Assembly: GCA_037443035.1 (NCBI GenBank) | Contig: JBBIPC010000014.1 | Coordinates: forward strand, 32,700-96,699 | Origin: Chthonomonadales bacterium | GTDB lineage: Bacteria > Armatimonadota > Chthonomonadetes > Chthonomonadales > CAJBBX01 | Reading direction: 5' to 3' | DNA: 64,000 nt | In this document: piece after piece, positions 9,563-20,405 of the stretch | Numbering within the stretch: position 1 is the first letter of the stretch | How the letters are laid out: each line of letters begins with the position of its first letter | Position numbers and translations under genes: made by a program | The notes under the pieces: generated by a model | What the model was told of the DNA's origin: nothing | The model's input: the letters and a program-made list of their open reading frames with translations, nothing else | The model's database searches: none

Positions 9563-11977
9563 CTATTCTAGCCGCAATGGTGGAGTTTGGCAAGGCAGGG
9601 GAGTGGGCAGGGTTGGCTGGCGATCCAGCGGATGGTCGAAGAAGAGCGGTCCGATGAACCTGTGGGCCAGATAGAGCCACCAGGCGAACTGAGCCCGGGA
9701 AATGGGCTTGACGGCATCGAATAGCAGCCGCCCTTCGCGGTCCCGTGACTCCAGCACGCCCCAGATCTGTACGTCCAACCCACGTTCGTACAGTGCCTCT
9801 GCAGCGGATGCTGCCGGTGTGTCGGACTGCAGGTCATGGTAGTGCACTGCGTCGGATGTTCGAGCCCAGCCGAACGAATGCACAAGCGTCTGGGCTGCCT
9901 CTCCGCGGGTCACCACGCGCTCCGGCGGCCCCTGGACGGCAGGCACACGCAAGCGCTCACCTACCGCCGCTCCCCTCCATGCAAGTATTCCCATGAGACG
10001 CGCAAGCTCCTGAGCTGTCAGCGGGTCGTCAGGCCGAAACGGCTCCGCCGCAAGCTGTGCCGCCGGGGTACGTTCTCGCGGCGGTGGGCACGGATAGAAC
10101 CCTCTTGCGGCAAGCCACTGGATGGGCCGGAACGCAGGAGAGTCGAACGCTATGTCAGCGAACATGTAGAGCAAGACAGGCCAGGCAAGAGGCCCGGGTG
10201 CACCGATGCCGTCGCGGGCTGGAGCCTCGGCTGTGCCAGCCCGGTTCTTCAGCAGCTCCGACTGCACTTGGTTGACCGGCACTTCGCGCGGCGTCAGGCC
10301 GAACCGCAGACAGAGGGCTGCTGCGACGCCTGCGGCCGCCCCAAAATGCATGCGAACCGGTTCCATTCGGTACGTTCCATAGGCAACGTGGGTCGCCGAC
10401 ACGGCTGTGGTGACGAACAGGTTGTCAACGTTCTTCGGCAGCATGATACGGAATGGGACCTGGTGCCACGGAGTGTATTGAGGGAGGTAGAACTCCCCCT
10501 CACCCATGTCGGGCGTGTTTGGATCGGTCTTCGGCTGCGTGGCATGGGAGTCCATGGCATAGTCGCCAATCCCAATGGCGTCTGGGCGGACAACGGATCG
10601 AGCGAACATGATGTCGCTTTCATTGACGACAACATCGGCTTCGAATCGCCGCGCCTCGCGGATGTAGAGCAGCGGTGGCCAGCCCCCATCGGCACGGAAG
10701 TCGTCCTCCGAAAGGCCGATGTGCTTCAGTCCTTCGTGGGTCTGGATGTAGTACAGGTACCCCAAGGCATGCTGCTTGTAGAGCCGCTCGATCTCCCTGC
10801 GACGTTCGTAGCTAGCATCAGGATAGTCGTAGTTCGCTCCCTGAAGGTCACTACCATAGGGATGCTGGTTGATCTCGTACTTGTCGTTCGGCAGTTTGCC
10901 GGAGGTCGCGTTCCAGCTTCGCGGCCACGGTGGCGCATAGCGGTACTTGGCCTCGTCATACCCCTCCGGCTTTGGAATGGTCTTGTCGGCGCCTTGACCG
11001 TAGTCCTTCACCGTCATGAGGTACGCATACGCCTGAACGCGATGATCTCCGCGGCCTGCGCTATGAGGCAGGATCTGGTCGCGAGCACGGTCGTAGTAGA
11101 TGTGACCCGCGTGCGGCTCGGCTTTCGAGCGCGGCTCACGGCCCACGCGATACGGTGCTCCGGCCCATGCTGCCACGTCCCCGCACTCCGTAGCGTCCAC
11201 TACGAGGCTCGCTCGTATGCGACACGTTGCTTTCGTCGGCACGTGCTCGACCGTCACCGACTCGATGGTGCGGGTCTGGATTCTCCCCCGGCTTCGCTGT
11301 ACACGCACCGCTTTCGGGCGCGTCTGTCGGAATACTGTCAACCCTGGCGCCGCCCAGATGAGACGGCGCATTACTTCGTGGGCCACCCGAGGCTCGTACC
11401 TCAAGCCATTCCCGGAACCGTAGTAGGACTGCACCCCGCGGCGGAACTCCTCGAAGAAGCCAGAGGCATGCTCGGCACGCCGGATGTCACTGGCACCGAG
11501 CCCGTTGACGGACATGCCTCCAAGCCGTCGCGTTTCCTCGACGAGCACCACGTCCAAGCCATATCGCCCCGCTGTGACAGCGGCGGCCACACCCGCGGTC
11601 GTCGCTCCAACTACGAGCACATCGCAACGCAGAGAAGCAGGTAACTCCCTGTCGGTCTCTTCCACCGACGGGAAGCTCGCTTCGCTCGTGCCCGTGTGAT
11701 CCTCGACGGTGACTTGGTACGTGTAAGGCTGTCCAGGTGTCACCTGTGTATCGTCGAACTCTGTCTGTGACGCGGGAACGCGACCGATGGTCTGACCGTC
11801 CCGCAAGACGGTGTATCGTATGGCTCCTGGCACAGCATTCCAGAAGACTCTGATCAGGCGAGGATGCACGGCCGCAGCTTCCACGGCTTGTGGCGCAGGC
11901 GGCACCCCGAGCGCAGAGCTGGTGAGCATCAGGACAGCACCCATCACGCCCCGCCGCTGTTGACGTAACATGGGCAT
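9563..11977 (-). CDS. Exported FAD-dependent oxidoreductase (FAD_oxidored family) with N-terminal FnIII and C-terminal SLH-like repeats
   Basis: DVLVVGATTAGVAAA, VDATECGD, LYIREARR, SATHVAYGTYRMEP; WNAVPGA..Y.V.RDG FnIII; F.D.....AIQWL / PISRAQFA SLH-like. Confidence 0.85.
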   Translation of the reverse strand: MPMLRQQRRGVMGAVLMLTSSALGVPPAPQAVEAAAVHPRLIRVFWNAVPGAIRYTVLRDGQTIGRVPASQTEFDDTQVTPGQPYTYQVTVEDHTGTSEASFPSVEETDRELPASLRCDVLVVGATTAGVAAAVTAGRYGLDVVLVEETRRLGGMSVNGLGASDIRRAEHASGFFEEFRRGVQSYYGSGNGLRYEPRVAHEVMRRLIWAAPGLTVFRQTRPKAVRVQRSRGRIQTRTIESVTVEHVPTKATCRIRASLVVDATECGDVAAWAGAPYRVGREPRSKAEPHAGHIYYDRARDQILPHSAGRGDHRVQAYAYLMTVKDYGQGADKTIPKPEGYDEAKYRYAPPWPRSWNATSGKLPNDKYEINQHPYGSDLQGANYDYPDASYERRREIERLYKQHALGYLYYIQTHEGLKHIGLSEDDFRADGGWPPLLYIREARRFEADVVVNESDIMFARSVVRPDAIGIGDYAMDSHATQPKTDPNTPDMGEGEFYLPQYTPWHQVPFRIMLPKNVDNLFVTTAVSATHVAYGTYRMEPVRMHFGAAAGVAAALCLRFGLTPREVPVNQVQSELLKNRAGTAEAPARDGIGAPGPLAWPVLLYMFADIAFDSPAFRPIQWLAARGFYPCPPPRERTPAAQLAAEPFRPDDPLTAQELARLMGILAWRGAAVGERLRVPAVQGPPERVVTRGEAAQTLVHSFGWARTSDAVHYHDLQSDTPAASAAEALYERGLDVQIWGVLESRDREGRLLFDAVKPISRAQFAWWLYLAHRFIGPLFFDHPLDRQPTLPTPLPCQTPPLRLE

Positions 11978-12029
11978 GAAGCGTACAATCTTGTCTACAC
12001 CGTTCCCGATGCGCCATCGCGGGAGGGAT

Positions 12030-12521
12030 ATGCTCCGCATGATGCCAGAAGCCTTCATCACGATCGTCCATCCTCCGGACGCCGCCCGCGACCCGTCTGC
12101 TGCATTCCGCGTGCCAGACCCGGATGACATCGCCGTGTGCTGCTTCTTTGCCGACGATTCCGCGCGGGGCAAGCTCTTGCGCGACCTGCGGACGGTGGCT
12201 GGACAGCCACCTGTGCCCTCCGATCGAGCCGAGAAGGAGACTGCGGCGCTGATGCAACGTTACACCGAAGCTTGGGAAAGCAACGAGCGGATCCGTGCTC
12301 TGGCCGAGCTCGTTCGCTGGCGGACCGGCGTTCACGGACGAGGATACCATACATATACCCTCAAGGAGGGATCGCCGCCTTATCCCTATGGCGTTATCAT
12401 CTCGTTCTCCGAGCTGGATAGAGACACGTTGCGCTTGCACCTCGCTGAGGGCCATGCCCACCTCCTGAACGAAAAGAACCGGGTTATGGACGTTTTCGGT
12501 TGGGGGATTACGCAGCCGTGA
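12030..12521 (+). CDS. Hypothetical protein
   Basis: GGAGG SD before ATG 12030; fills the gap between genes; no motif recognised. Confidence 0.6.
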   Translation: MLRMMPEAFITIVHPPDAARDPSAAFRVPDPDDIAVCCFFADDSARGKLLRDLRTVAGQPPVPSDRAEKETAALMQRYTEAWESNERIRALAELVRWRTGVHGRGYHTYTLKEGSPPYPYGVIISFSELDRDTLRLHLAEGHAHLLNEKNRVMDVFGWGITQP

Positions 12522-12588
12522 ATGCTCGACGCGCTGAGGCAGGCTCTGGACGCGCGGGTGCGGTGCGCCGTTACCGGGAGGGTGTCGG

Positions 12589-13881
12589 ATGCGACACACG
12601 AGCGAACTGACGAGACGCCAACTCACCCTAGGCATCGCCTGTGCCGCAGCGTCCGCAGCGACTGAGACTGCTGCGGACGGGAATCGGGTGCGGCTGGGGT
12701 TCGTCGGCGTGGGAAACCGGGGTGTCCAGCTCCTGGACGCTGCATTGAAGCTCCCAGACGCTGATGTAGTTGGTTTCTGCGATGTCTACGCTCCTTATCT
12801 CGAGAGGGCACAGGAGAAGCTCGGTCGGCGTGTGCCGATCTACTCCGACTACCGGCAGCTACTGGAGCGTAAGGACGTTGACGCTGTGGTCATTGCTACG
12901 CCGGATCATTGGCATGCCCTCCAGACCGTGGACGCCTGCGAAGCCGGGAAAGACGTGTATGTAGAGAAACCTCTCAGCATCACCGTTGTCGAGGGCCGTC
13001 GGATGGTCGAAGCTGTACGACGCACCAAGCGCATCGTACAGGTTGGACTTCAGCGAAGGTCTTCTGGCATCTACGCCGAGGTGGCTCAGCTCGTGCAGAG
13101 CGGACACATCGGGAAGGTCACTTTGGCCCAGTGCCACCGTATCAGCAACATGTTCCCATCCGGTATCGGGCATGCTCCGGATGGACCTCCACCGCAAGGA
13201 TTGGACTGGGATATGTGGCTGGGTCCGCGTCCCCGGCGACCGTTTCGTGCGACCATCGCGCCGTACAAGTTCCGGTGGTGGCATGCGTATTCGTCGCAGG
13301 TTGGCAACTGGGGGGTTCACTATTTCGACGCGCTGCGGTGGATCTTGGGCGAGAAGGCACCGGTCAGTGTATCGGCGCATGGCGGTCGCTTCGCCGTAGA
13401 CGACGATCGGGACATCCCCGACACATTGGAGGTCATTTTCGAGTTCGCCTCCGGACGCCTGCTCACCTTCGGCCAGTACGAGGCTTCGGGTCTCCCCGCA
13501 CTCCGAACCGGTGAGGTGGAACTGCGCGGCACGCTTGGAGCGATATACGTGGGTGGCTCCGGCTATGAAGTCGTTGCGGACCGTGGTGGGCAGTTCCAGG
13601 AATGGCAGCCGAAGATCGAGTCCCGTCAGGTCAAGCGGAACGATGGAAACCTCGACGTGCTCCACATGCGCAACTTCCTCGACTGTGTGCGTTCGCGGCA
13701 GAGACCAGCCTGCGATGTGGAGGAGGGACATCTATCGACCGTCTTCGCGCACTTGGCGAACATTGCCCTGGCGACTCGCTCGCGCTTGGAGTGGGACGTG
13801 AACAAGGAGCGTGTAACCAACAACCGTCTGGCGAACAGCCTCTTGCACTACGAGTACCGAGCCCCATGGAAGCTGCGATGA
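12589..13881 (+). CDS. Gfo/Idh/MocA family oxidoreductase with Tat-like signal
   Basis: TRRQL leader; GFVGVGNRG; ATPDHWH; YVEKP. Confidence 0.93.
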   Translation: MRHTSELTRRQLTLGIACAAASAATETAADGNRVRLGFVGVGNRGVQLLDAALKLPDADVVGFCDVYAPYLERAQEKLGRRVPIYSDYRQLLERKDVDAVVIATPDHWHALQTVDACEAGKDVYVEKPLSITVVEGRRMVEAVRRTKRIVQVGLQRRSSGIYAEVAQLVQSGHIGKVTLAQCHRISNMFPSGIGHAPDGPPPQGLDWDMWLGPRPRRPFRATIAPYKFRWWHAYSSQVGNWGVHYFDALRWILGEKAPVSVSAHGGRFAVDDDRDIPDTLEVIFEFASGRLLTFGQYEASGLPALRTGEVELRGTLGAIYVGGSGYEVVADRGGQFQEWQPKIESRQVKRNDGNLDVLHMRNFLDCVRSRQRPACDVEEGHLSTVFAHLANIALATRSRLEWDVNKERVTNNRLANSLLHYEYRAPWKLR

Positions 13882-13900
13882 CGGCAGGGGCCGCTGCGGT

Positions 13901-16900
13901 ATGGACCCGGAGGACAATGCCATGACTCAGCACGTGCGGGCAGTCCAGGGACTTGGAGCAGCCATTGTGGCGCTGGCATTGTTCTGTGGCCCTCTTGCCC
14001 GATCTCAGCAGCCCCCGCCAGCAGCACCAGTCGCCCAGAGCCAGCCAGGAACGCATCGGTCGCCTGCCGTGCCTCCTCCTCCAGGTGGCTTCGACTATAG
14101 CCGTATCGTGCGCATCTGGAATGTACCGCCACCCTCGACGACTACCGAGACCACGAGCTCCGGGCCGACTGTGGGTAGCCGCATTGTTCTGTCGTCCAAC
14201 GTACCTGCTGCAGAGGACCTGGCGCTTCTCGCATCGGCCGGTTTCACTCTCCTCCAGACGGACAGCGATCATCTCAGCACTGAGGAGGTTCGACCCAACG
14301 GCTTCGACTTCGGGCCGCAGGACGCAGCTCGACTGGCCAGTCTCCGCGCTGGTTTCGACTGGTGCTATTTCCCCCATTTCGCCTTCCCGCCGCCGTGGTA
14401 TTCCCAGAAGATCCAGTACCCGCGCATTCGGTGCCTCGAACATGACCAGACGGTCGAGGCCTTTTCGCCATGGGACCCCAACTTCGGGTATTTCGTGTCC
14501 CGAGGCTACCAGGTGCTCGCCCGGCACTTCGGACAGACGGTCGGTGCTGGTTCGGGGCCGGGCTCGGCCGCTGTATCGAGCTCCCCCATGTCTATGCCGG
14601 CCTTCTACGTGGGCATCCACGGCGACTATGGTGAGTGCGGCGTGTTCATCGGAGCCCGCACCAGCGTTCCTGGCCAGAAGGAGGACTGGGAGCGGCGGTT
14701 CGGCAATCTCCATAACCATGTTGGTTGGTGGTGCGGCGATGCGCTTGCCCGAGCATCCTTCCGAACCACGATGCTCGGTCGGTATGGCGGTCTTGCAGCT
14801 CTCAACGCCGCGTGGCGCACGAATTTCAAGGACGCTGATTCCATCACCTATCCAGCCAATGTCAATGCTGGCAGCCGTCGCTACTGGCTGGACTTCGTGA
14901 ACTGGTACAGGCAATCCATCAGCAACATGACGGATGTCGTGAGCCGGATCGCCCGGCGGACGTTCCCTAGTGCCTTGCTCATGCTTCCCTGCGGCTTTGG
15001 CGACGAAGATCCGCGGACGGGCGCCGACAATTCCATGCTAGCGAGAATCGCCGCCCGGCACCGCATGGATCTTCGTTCTACCCATGGCGGATACCAGCCA
15101 TTCGCCGAGAATCAGGCGACGATGCTGGGACGATTGGCGTCGGCATGCAGGTTCTACGGTGTTCCCTTCTGGTCGGAGCCACCGAGCACCATCAGCCCCG
15201 ACGGACAGGTTCAGCGCATCTTCGAGGCCATAACACTCGGGGCACGCGGCCACTTCGATTGGAGCTCCAACGTGAAGACCGGGCGGGAGGCCTACTACCG
15301 CTACGGCAAGTACATGCGCGTATCGCGCCGAGTGGTGGATGTGGCCATGTTCTATCCCACGACGAGCCACCTGCTCCGACCCGATGAGGGATACCCTCCG
15401 CTGCTGAGACAAGGGTGCACGACCATCCGAGACATCCTCGACTACGACATTGTGGACGAGCGCATGGTGCTGGACGGCGCCCTCGACAGGTATCGGGTGC
15501 TCGTACTCTGGGAAGGAGCTATCGTGGAGGCGCCGGTCCTCGAGCGCATAAGAGCGTGGGTGGAGCAGGGCGGCGTGCTGGTGGCGTATGACTTCGGCAA
15601 GATAGAGACGGTCGAGGGGAGTCTGGATTGGTTCCGCGACGTTCTCGGCTACGCCGGCAGGCTCACGCCGGCTGCTGGCTCCCTTCGGTTCACCCCAGCC
15701 CCTGGCGCGCGACAGCAGACAGCCTACCGGATTACCGTGGGCGCCACGGAAGCGGTGACCTATCTAGAGGGGGATTGGTATCCGTCCGAGGAGACAGGCG
15801 GGGTTCTCCGGAGGTGGGCGGGTGCTGACGCCCACGTTCTCTTACCGGTCAAGGGCGGAACGGACATGGTGCTGACCGTACGCGCTTCCTTTCCTCCCGA
15901 AGCCGCGGGGCTTCGCCGCGAGGTGCTTGTCAACGGTACTCAGGTCGGCATACTCGACCTTGCTGGTGAACACACGTATCGCTTCGGGGTGCCATCGAAC
16001 TTGACCGTAGGCCGAAACGTGAGCCGGGTAACATTCCGCTGTGAGACATTCGCGCCGTCGGAGAGGATCGCCGGTAGTAGCGACGGACGATCTCTGGGCG
16101 TATGGGTGTCGTACGTCCAGCTCTCTCAAGACACGGCCGAGTCTGCGCTGACCGATCCAGGGATGCCTCAGGGGACCCTAGAAGTCTCTGTAGACTATCA
16201 GAGGCTTCGTAGCGAATGGGCGCGCCGGCTGGGGCGTGGCTGGACCATCTACTTCCCCGCGAAGAAAGATCAGCTTCGCGCTTACTGCGAGGTCGTCCGC
16301 TATGCCACGTACCATCTATCCGACCTCGATACATCCAAGAAGGACGCCATTGCCATAGATGACGCGTGGGATGGGGTCTATGCTACGCTATGCACGGACA
16401 AGGCTGTCTATTACAACCCGACGCAGCGTCGTGTCTTTCGCACAATTGTTCTCTCGCCTTCGGCGCTGGCGGCAAACCGAGAAGTTGTGCGTTTGTCCCG
16501 CTTCACCCATGAGCTCACACTGGAGCCGAGATCCATATCCGTCATCCCATTCACGCCAGCGCCGGCCGAGCTCCTTCTACAGTGCGAGAAGTTCACCATC
16601 CTAGGATCCATCAAGCCTCAGCCTGGTCCCCAGTTCAGCCCCGGTGTGGGCGATACACACGTACTCGTGCCGGAAGGGGGGTCCATCAGCACACGCTTCG
16701 AATGCCCCGTCTCGGGCCGCTTCCGTGTGTTCTACAGAACCTGGCGCAGGAACGCGCTCTGCCCAGCGAACATCACTGTGAACGGCAAGCCTTGCGCGCC
16801 GGTTACAGGAATTGTGCAACGCGGAGGAACGGAGACGTTGTGTGCGGGTGAAGTCTCCTTGGAGCGAGGCGTACATACCCTCACGATTCGACCGCGTCCG

Positions 16901-16978
16901 GGTCAGGATCTTCGCGCCGACTACGTGATACTGTCTTCTGATCCGGATATCGCAGGCTACGGCTTTGCAGTGAAGTAG
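13901..16978 (+). CDS. Large secreted GH42/beta-galactosidase-like glycoside hydrolase with trimerisation-like and CBM-like domains
   Basis: Signal peptide; RYGGLAALNAAWRTNF; YWLDFVNWY; RIRAWVEQGGVLV. Confidence 0.65.
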   Translation: MDPEDNAMTQHVRAVQGLGAAIVALALFCGPLARSQQPPPAAPVAQSQPGTHRSPAVPPPPGGFDYSRIVRIWNVPPPSTTTETTSSGPTVGSRIVLSSNVPAAEDLALLASAGFTLLQTDSDHLSTEEVRPNGFDFGPQDAARLASLRAGFDWCYFPHFAFPPPWYSQKIQYPRIRCLEHDQTVEAFSPWDPNFGYFVSRGYQVLARHFGQTVGAGSGPGSAAVSSSPMSMPAFYVGIHGDYGECGVFIGARTSVPGQKEDWERRFGNLHNHVGWWCGDALARASFRTTMLGRYGGLAALNAAWRTNFKDADSITYPANVNAGSRRYWLDFVNWYRQSISNMTDVVSRIARRTFPSALLMLPCGFGDEDPRTGADNSMLARIAARHRMDLRSTHGGYQPFAENQATMLGRLASACRFYGVPFWSEPPSTISPDGQVQRIFEAITLGARGHFDWSSNVKTGREAYYRYGKYMRVSRRVVDVAMFYPTTSHLLRPDEGYPPLLRQGCTTIRDILDYDIVDERMVLDGALDRYRVLVLWEGAIVEAPVLERIRAWVEQGGVLVAYDFGKIETVEGSLDWFRDVLGYAGRLTPAAGSLRFTPAPGARQQTAYRITVGATEAVTYLEGDWYPSEETGGVLRRWAGADAHVLLPVKGGTDMVLTVRASFPPEAAGLRREVLVNGTQVGILDLAGEHTYRFGVPSNLTVGRNVSRVTFRCETFAPSERIAGSSDGRSLGVWVSYVQLSQDTAESALTDPGMPQGTLEVSVDYQRLRSEWARRLGRGWTIYFPAKKDQLRAYCEVVRYATYHLSDLDTSKKDAIAIDDAWDGVYATLCTDKAVYYNPTQRRVFRTIVLSPSALAANREVVRLSRFTHELTLEPRSISVIPFTPAPAELLLQCEKFTILGSIKPQPGPQFSPGVGDTHVLVPEGGSISTRFECPVSGRFRVFYRTWRRNALCPANITVNGKPCAPVTGIVQRGGTETLCAGEVSLERGVHTLTIRPRPGQDLRADYVILSSDPDIAGYGFAVK

Positions 16979-17002
16979 CCTGACGCCCATTCTCCTGCTT
17001 GC

Positions 17003-17878
17003 ATGCAGCTTCCCTTCGAGATCCTCGCCCGTACGCACTACGCCAAGGCCGAGGAGTATTGGCGAGCGGACCGCCTCGAGGCAGCACATGCCGCCATGAC
17101 GCTTGCCATGCAGGCCGGCATGAGCCCGAGCGACGTCTATGATCGGCAGCGGACGATCGACGCCGAGCTCGCCGCGCGTCGGAACTGTCTGCGATGGCGC
17201 CCCACGGAGCATCTGGTGCTGGAGCTGCCATCTGACAGATCGTCCCATCTGCATGCCACGGTGTTGTGTGTAGCAATGGCGGCATGGACGGATGTTACCG
17301 AGACGCTCCGTATACGATGGGGCAAGCCGGTTCTCGTTGCCGTATTCCGGGACGCGGAATCCTCGCTCTTCCTGCACGCCCGGTATGGCTACTACAGCGA
17401 GCGCTCGGAATCCCACAAGGTCTGTCTGCCCTGCGACCTGCTCCAGAGCGCTGCCAGCCTTCGACGAGCACTTCTTCACGAGGTTTCGCACGCAGCGCTG
17501 CACAACTATATCGGAGACACAGTGCCCCGATGGTTCGACGAGGGAGTCGCAGTATGGATGGAAGGCGGAGGAGACTCGCTCGAGCGACGACAGCTCCGTA
17601 TTCGGGCCAGCCAGAGAGACCGGCCGAGCATGGACCAGATCTCCTCACTTCTCAGTAGCTACGGTACGGACCTCGACAGTACTGCGGCTGGGGTTGCCTA
17701 TGTTGCTGCCGGATCGTTCGTGAGCTTCGTCGTCACCCATAGCGGCATCGAAGGTCTGCGAAGCGCGCTCATGCTATCGGCATCTGGCGAAGACTTCGGA
17801 CGCGCGTTTCGGTACGCCACAGGACGGGGTCTACGGGAGTGGGAGACGGCCTGGCGCTGTGCGTTGGTGACTGGCTAG
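17003..17878 (+). CDS. Peptidase MA-like zinc metalloprotease
   Basis: LHEVSH..PRWFDEGVA motif. Confidence 0.75.
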   Translation: MQLPFEILARTHYAKAEEYWRADRLEAAHAAMTLAMQAGMSPSDVYDRQRTIDAELAARRNCLRWRPTEHLVLELPSDRSSHLHATVLCVAMAAWTDVTETLRIRWGKPVLVAVFRDAESSLFLHARYGYYSERSESHKVCLPCDLLQSAASLRRALLHEVSHAALHNYIGDTVPRWFDEGVAVWMEGGGDSLERRQLRIRASQRDRPSMDQISSLLSSYGTDLDSTAAGVAYVAAGSFVSFVVTHSGIEGLRSALMLSASGEDFGRAFRYATGRGLREWETAWRCALVTG

Positions 17879-18486
17879 CGTCGTGGCGCCAGCCGCTCCA
17901 CGTGGTAATGCCCAGCGATGGCTCGCAGGGCGGTGCGCGTAGGACCCATGTTCAATAAGGCTAGCAGGTACACGCCAACGACGATGGCCGCAATGCCCCA
18001 CTGGGCGGCCGCCACCCTGCTACTCTTGCCCTCGGCCAGCGCAACATAGGCGCGGTCCACGTCGAGTAGGTACGCGCTGAAGATCCACAGCGCGATATTC
18101 AGAAGCCCGAATGTAGTACCCAAGCCCACGAAGCCAATAGGAATCTCGATGAGTCGCCCAATCTGATGTAACGTGTGGCCTGTCACGATGCCATAACCTC
18201 CAACGATCAGCAGCGACAACGACATGTCGGCGATCGTCACGTACGTCATCCAGACCATGGCATACCAGCCCCAGCGGCGGTGGTGGAGAGCCGCCCAGAT
18301 CGCCGCTAGCATGAAGAAGGCTGCTACCCAGACCTCACGCGGCAGGCTTCCTGTCTGCGAGACACGGACCGCCAACCAGTAGACGTTGTCGAACACCCAG
18401 AGGAACGCTACCACACGAACGCCGCTGAGGACGGCTGCTCGTGTCTTGCTCGAACTCCCAGTGGGTGTCGTATCAGGCTGACTCAC
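17875..18486 (-). CDS. Hypothetical integral membrane protein
   Basis: About five hydrophobic helices. Confidence 0.7.
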   Translation of the reverse strand: MSQPDTTPTGSSSKTRAAVLSGVRVVAFLWVFDNVYWLAVRVSQTGSLPREVWVAAFFMLAAIWAALHHRRWGWYAMVWMTYVTIADMSLSLLIVGGYGIVTGHTLHQIGRLIEIPIGFVGLGTTFGLLNIALWIFSAYLLDVDRAYVALAEGKSSRVAAAQWGIAAIVVGVYLLALLNMGPTRTALRAIAGHYHVERLAPRR

Positions 18487-18631
18487 TCGAATTCACCGTG
18501 GCGAAATATCACGCAGCAATACTCGGCTCTCACTTCTCTACTCGCAGACCTACACGATGATCCGGAAAGGCCACGCGAGAGCACATCGGCGTGCCTGGCA
18601 GCACTCGACCAATGCCACCATGCAAGGACAC

Positions 18632-19576
18632 TTATCTCGACGAAGAATCCTCCGCCCGTACCGCCGGCGCGCCCACCGAGGCACGTGGCTGCCGGTCCTG
18701 GAGCACCAGCCATACGCCAGACAAGAGCAACACGGCCCCGACCGCCTGCACAGATCCGACGGGTTCGGCGAAGAACCACCATGCGAGCACGCCGGCCACC
18801 ACCGGTTCTAGAAGAGTCGCGGTACCAACTACCGCAGGGGTGAAATGAACCAAGGACCAGTTCAGCATAGTATGGCCCAAGAGTTGCGGCACAAGTGCCA
18901 TTCCCACGACGGCGCCCCACGCTCCGGTGCTCGAGGGCACCGGGATGCGGCCTTCGGTCCCGAAGCTCCATGTCAGCATTGTCAATGCCGCAGCGGTGTA
19001 CGTCCAACACACCACACGCCCTGTACCTAGGCTCACCTGCAGGTCGGACGTCAGCATGAAGTAGGCGGCGATGAGTGCTGCTCCACCCACAGCCAGTGCG
19101 TCGCCGACGGGCCCCGAGCCACCTGTTCGAACCGACATGGCCGCGGATGGACCACCGCTTACCAGCCACGAGCCGCCCAGCGCAACCGTCAGGCCAGCCC
19201 AGAACTGCTTCGACGGAGGGACGCGCCGATAGACCCAGGTACCGAGAACGGCCCATACGGGCGTGGTGGAAACCAGCAGCGTAGAACGCGCAACTGAGAC
19301 GTGCTGGAGGGAGGCGAACCATGCCCAGAAGTGGCCAGCCATGGCCGCGCCGGCCATCACCAATCGGGTGCGCTCTGGCCAGCTCAGCGCTCGGCGGTCG
19401 CTAGGCGCCCGTCGCGCATGGGTCAGCCCCAGCACGGCGGCCGAGGCCAGCACCAATCGCCACATGGTCATGTCTCGCGGAGTGAGGTGAGCGGCCAGTC
19501 CCCACCGCGCCAGGACCGCCGCCGACCCCACAGCTACCTGCGACAAGACGAGCACTAGATGCGCCATGAGCCACAC
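18632..19576 (-). CDS. DMT/EamA family transporter
   Basis: HFWAWFASLQHVSVA..LLVSTTP; QLLGH..LEPV. Confidence 0.92.
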   Translation of the reverse strand: MWLMAHLVLVLSQVAVGSAAVLARWGLAAHLTPRDMTMWRLVLASAAVLGLTHARRAPSDRRALSWPERTRLVMAGAAMAGHFWAWFASLQHVSVARSTLLVSTTPVWAVLGTWVYRRVPPSKQFWAGLTVALGGSWLVSGGPSAAMSVRTGGSGPVGDALAVGGAALIAAYFMLTSDLQVSLGTGRVVCWTYTAAALTMLTWSFGTEGRIPVPSSTGAWGAVVGMALVPQLLGHTMLNWSLVHFTPAVVGTATLLEPVVAGVLAWWFFAEPVGSVQAVGAVLLLSGVWLVLQDRQPRASVGAPAVRAEDSSSR

Positions 19577-19607
19577 CGACGACCGCCCGCGTTCCTGACG
19601 TGTGCAC

Positions 19608-20405
19608 TCAGTATTTCACTGGCCCTTCCGACACAGCCGCTCCGACACACTCCCCAGCCACGCGATTCGCTTCGGCCAGCATGAAACCCAGCTCGCTACT
19701 CACCGCGATGAACCGGAAGCCTTCCGCCATGCGCCGTCTGGCCTGCTCGACTGTGCCTACGTGGATCCCCGGAGCGATGCCGAACCGACGTGCCGTATCC
19801 CGTAGCCTGCGGACGGCTTCGACGAAATCGGGATCCGGTACCTCCATGGCGGGGGTTCTGCCCATGGACGCCAGGAGGTCGTTGGGGCCGATGAACATGG
19901 CATCGAGACCCGGCACCGAGAAGATCTGCTCGCATCGCTCCACCGCGAGGACGTGCTCCGCCTGCACAACGACGAGGATTTCATCGTTGGCCCGGTGGAA
20001 GTACTCCGTTCCGTTCGTAGCGAAGTTCAAGACGTGCATGCCGCCGCCGACGCTACGCCGACCGATGGGGGGATACTTGCATACCGCCACGGCTTCTTCC
20101 GCCTCCTCACGGCTGTTGCACATGGGGAAGATAATGCCGTAGGCGCCCGCATCCAAGGCACGCTTGGCGCTTTCCAGGTTCGTGAAGGGAACGCGTGCCA
20201 GCGGCACGCAACCTGCATCGGCGATCAGGCCGAAGATGAGCGCGGCCGTCTCCCAATCGGCAGGGCTATGCTCGATGTCTAGGGTAAGCCAGCGGAAACC
20301 TGTCCTCGCCATGAAACGGGCTGCTATGGGGCTCGCCAGCGATAGCCACGTGCCGACTTGGACCTCGTCGGCCCTGAGAGCTGCCTTGACGGGATTACTG
20401 CGCAT
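19608..20405 (-). CDS. HpcH/HpaI (GarL-like) aldolase
   Basis: LDIEHSP, ALDAGAYGIIFP, YPPIGRRS, FIGPNDL. Confidence 0.92.
   Translation of the reverse strand: MRSNPVKAALRADEVQVGTWLSLASPIAARFMARTGFRWLTLDIEHSPADWETAALIFGLIADAGCVPLARVPFTNLESAKRALDAGAYGIIFPMCNSREEAEEAVAVCKYPPIGRRSVGGGMHVLNFATNGTEYFHRANDEILVVVQAEHVLAVERCEQIFSVPGLDAMFIGPNDLLASMGRTPAMEVPDPDFVEAVRRLRDTARRFGIAPGIHVGTVEQARRRMAEGFRFIAVSSELGFMLAEANRVAGECVGAAVSEGPVKY

Noticed and set aside
9836..11644. Long 602-aa plus-strand ORF (also 44457-45770 + and 61199-62344 -)
   Set aside because: Antisense shadows of well-supported genes, expected in high-GC DNA; no motifs.
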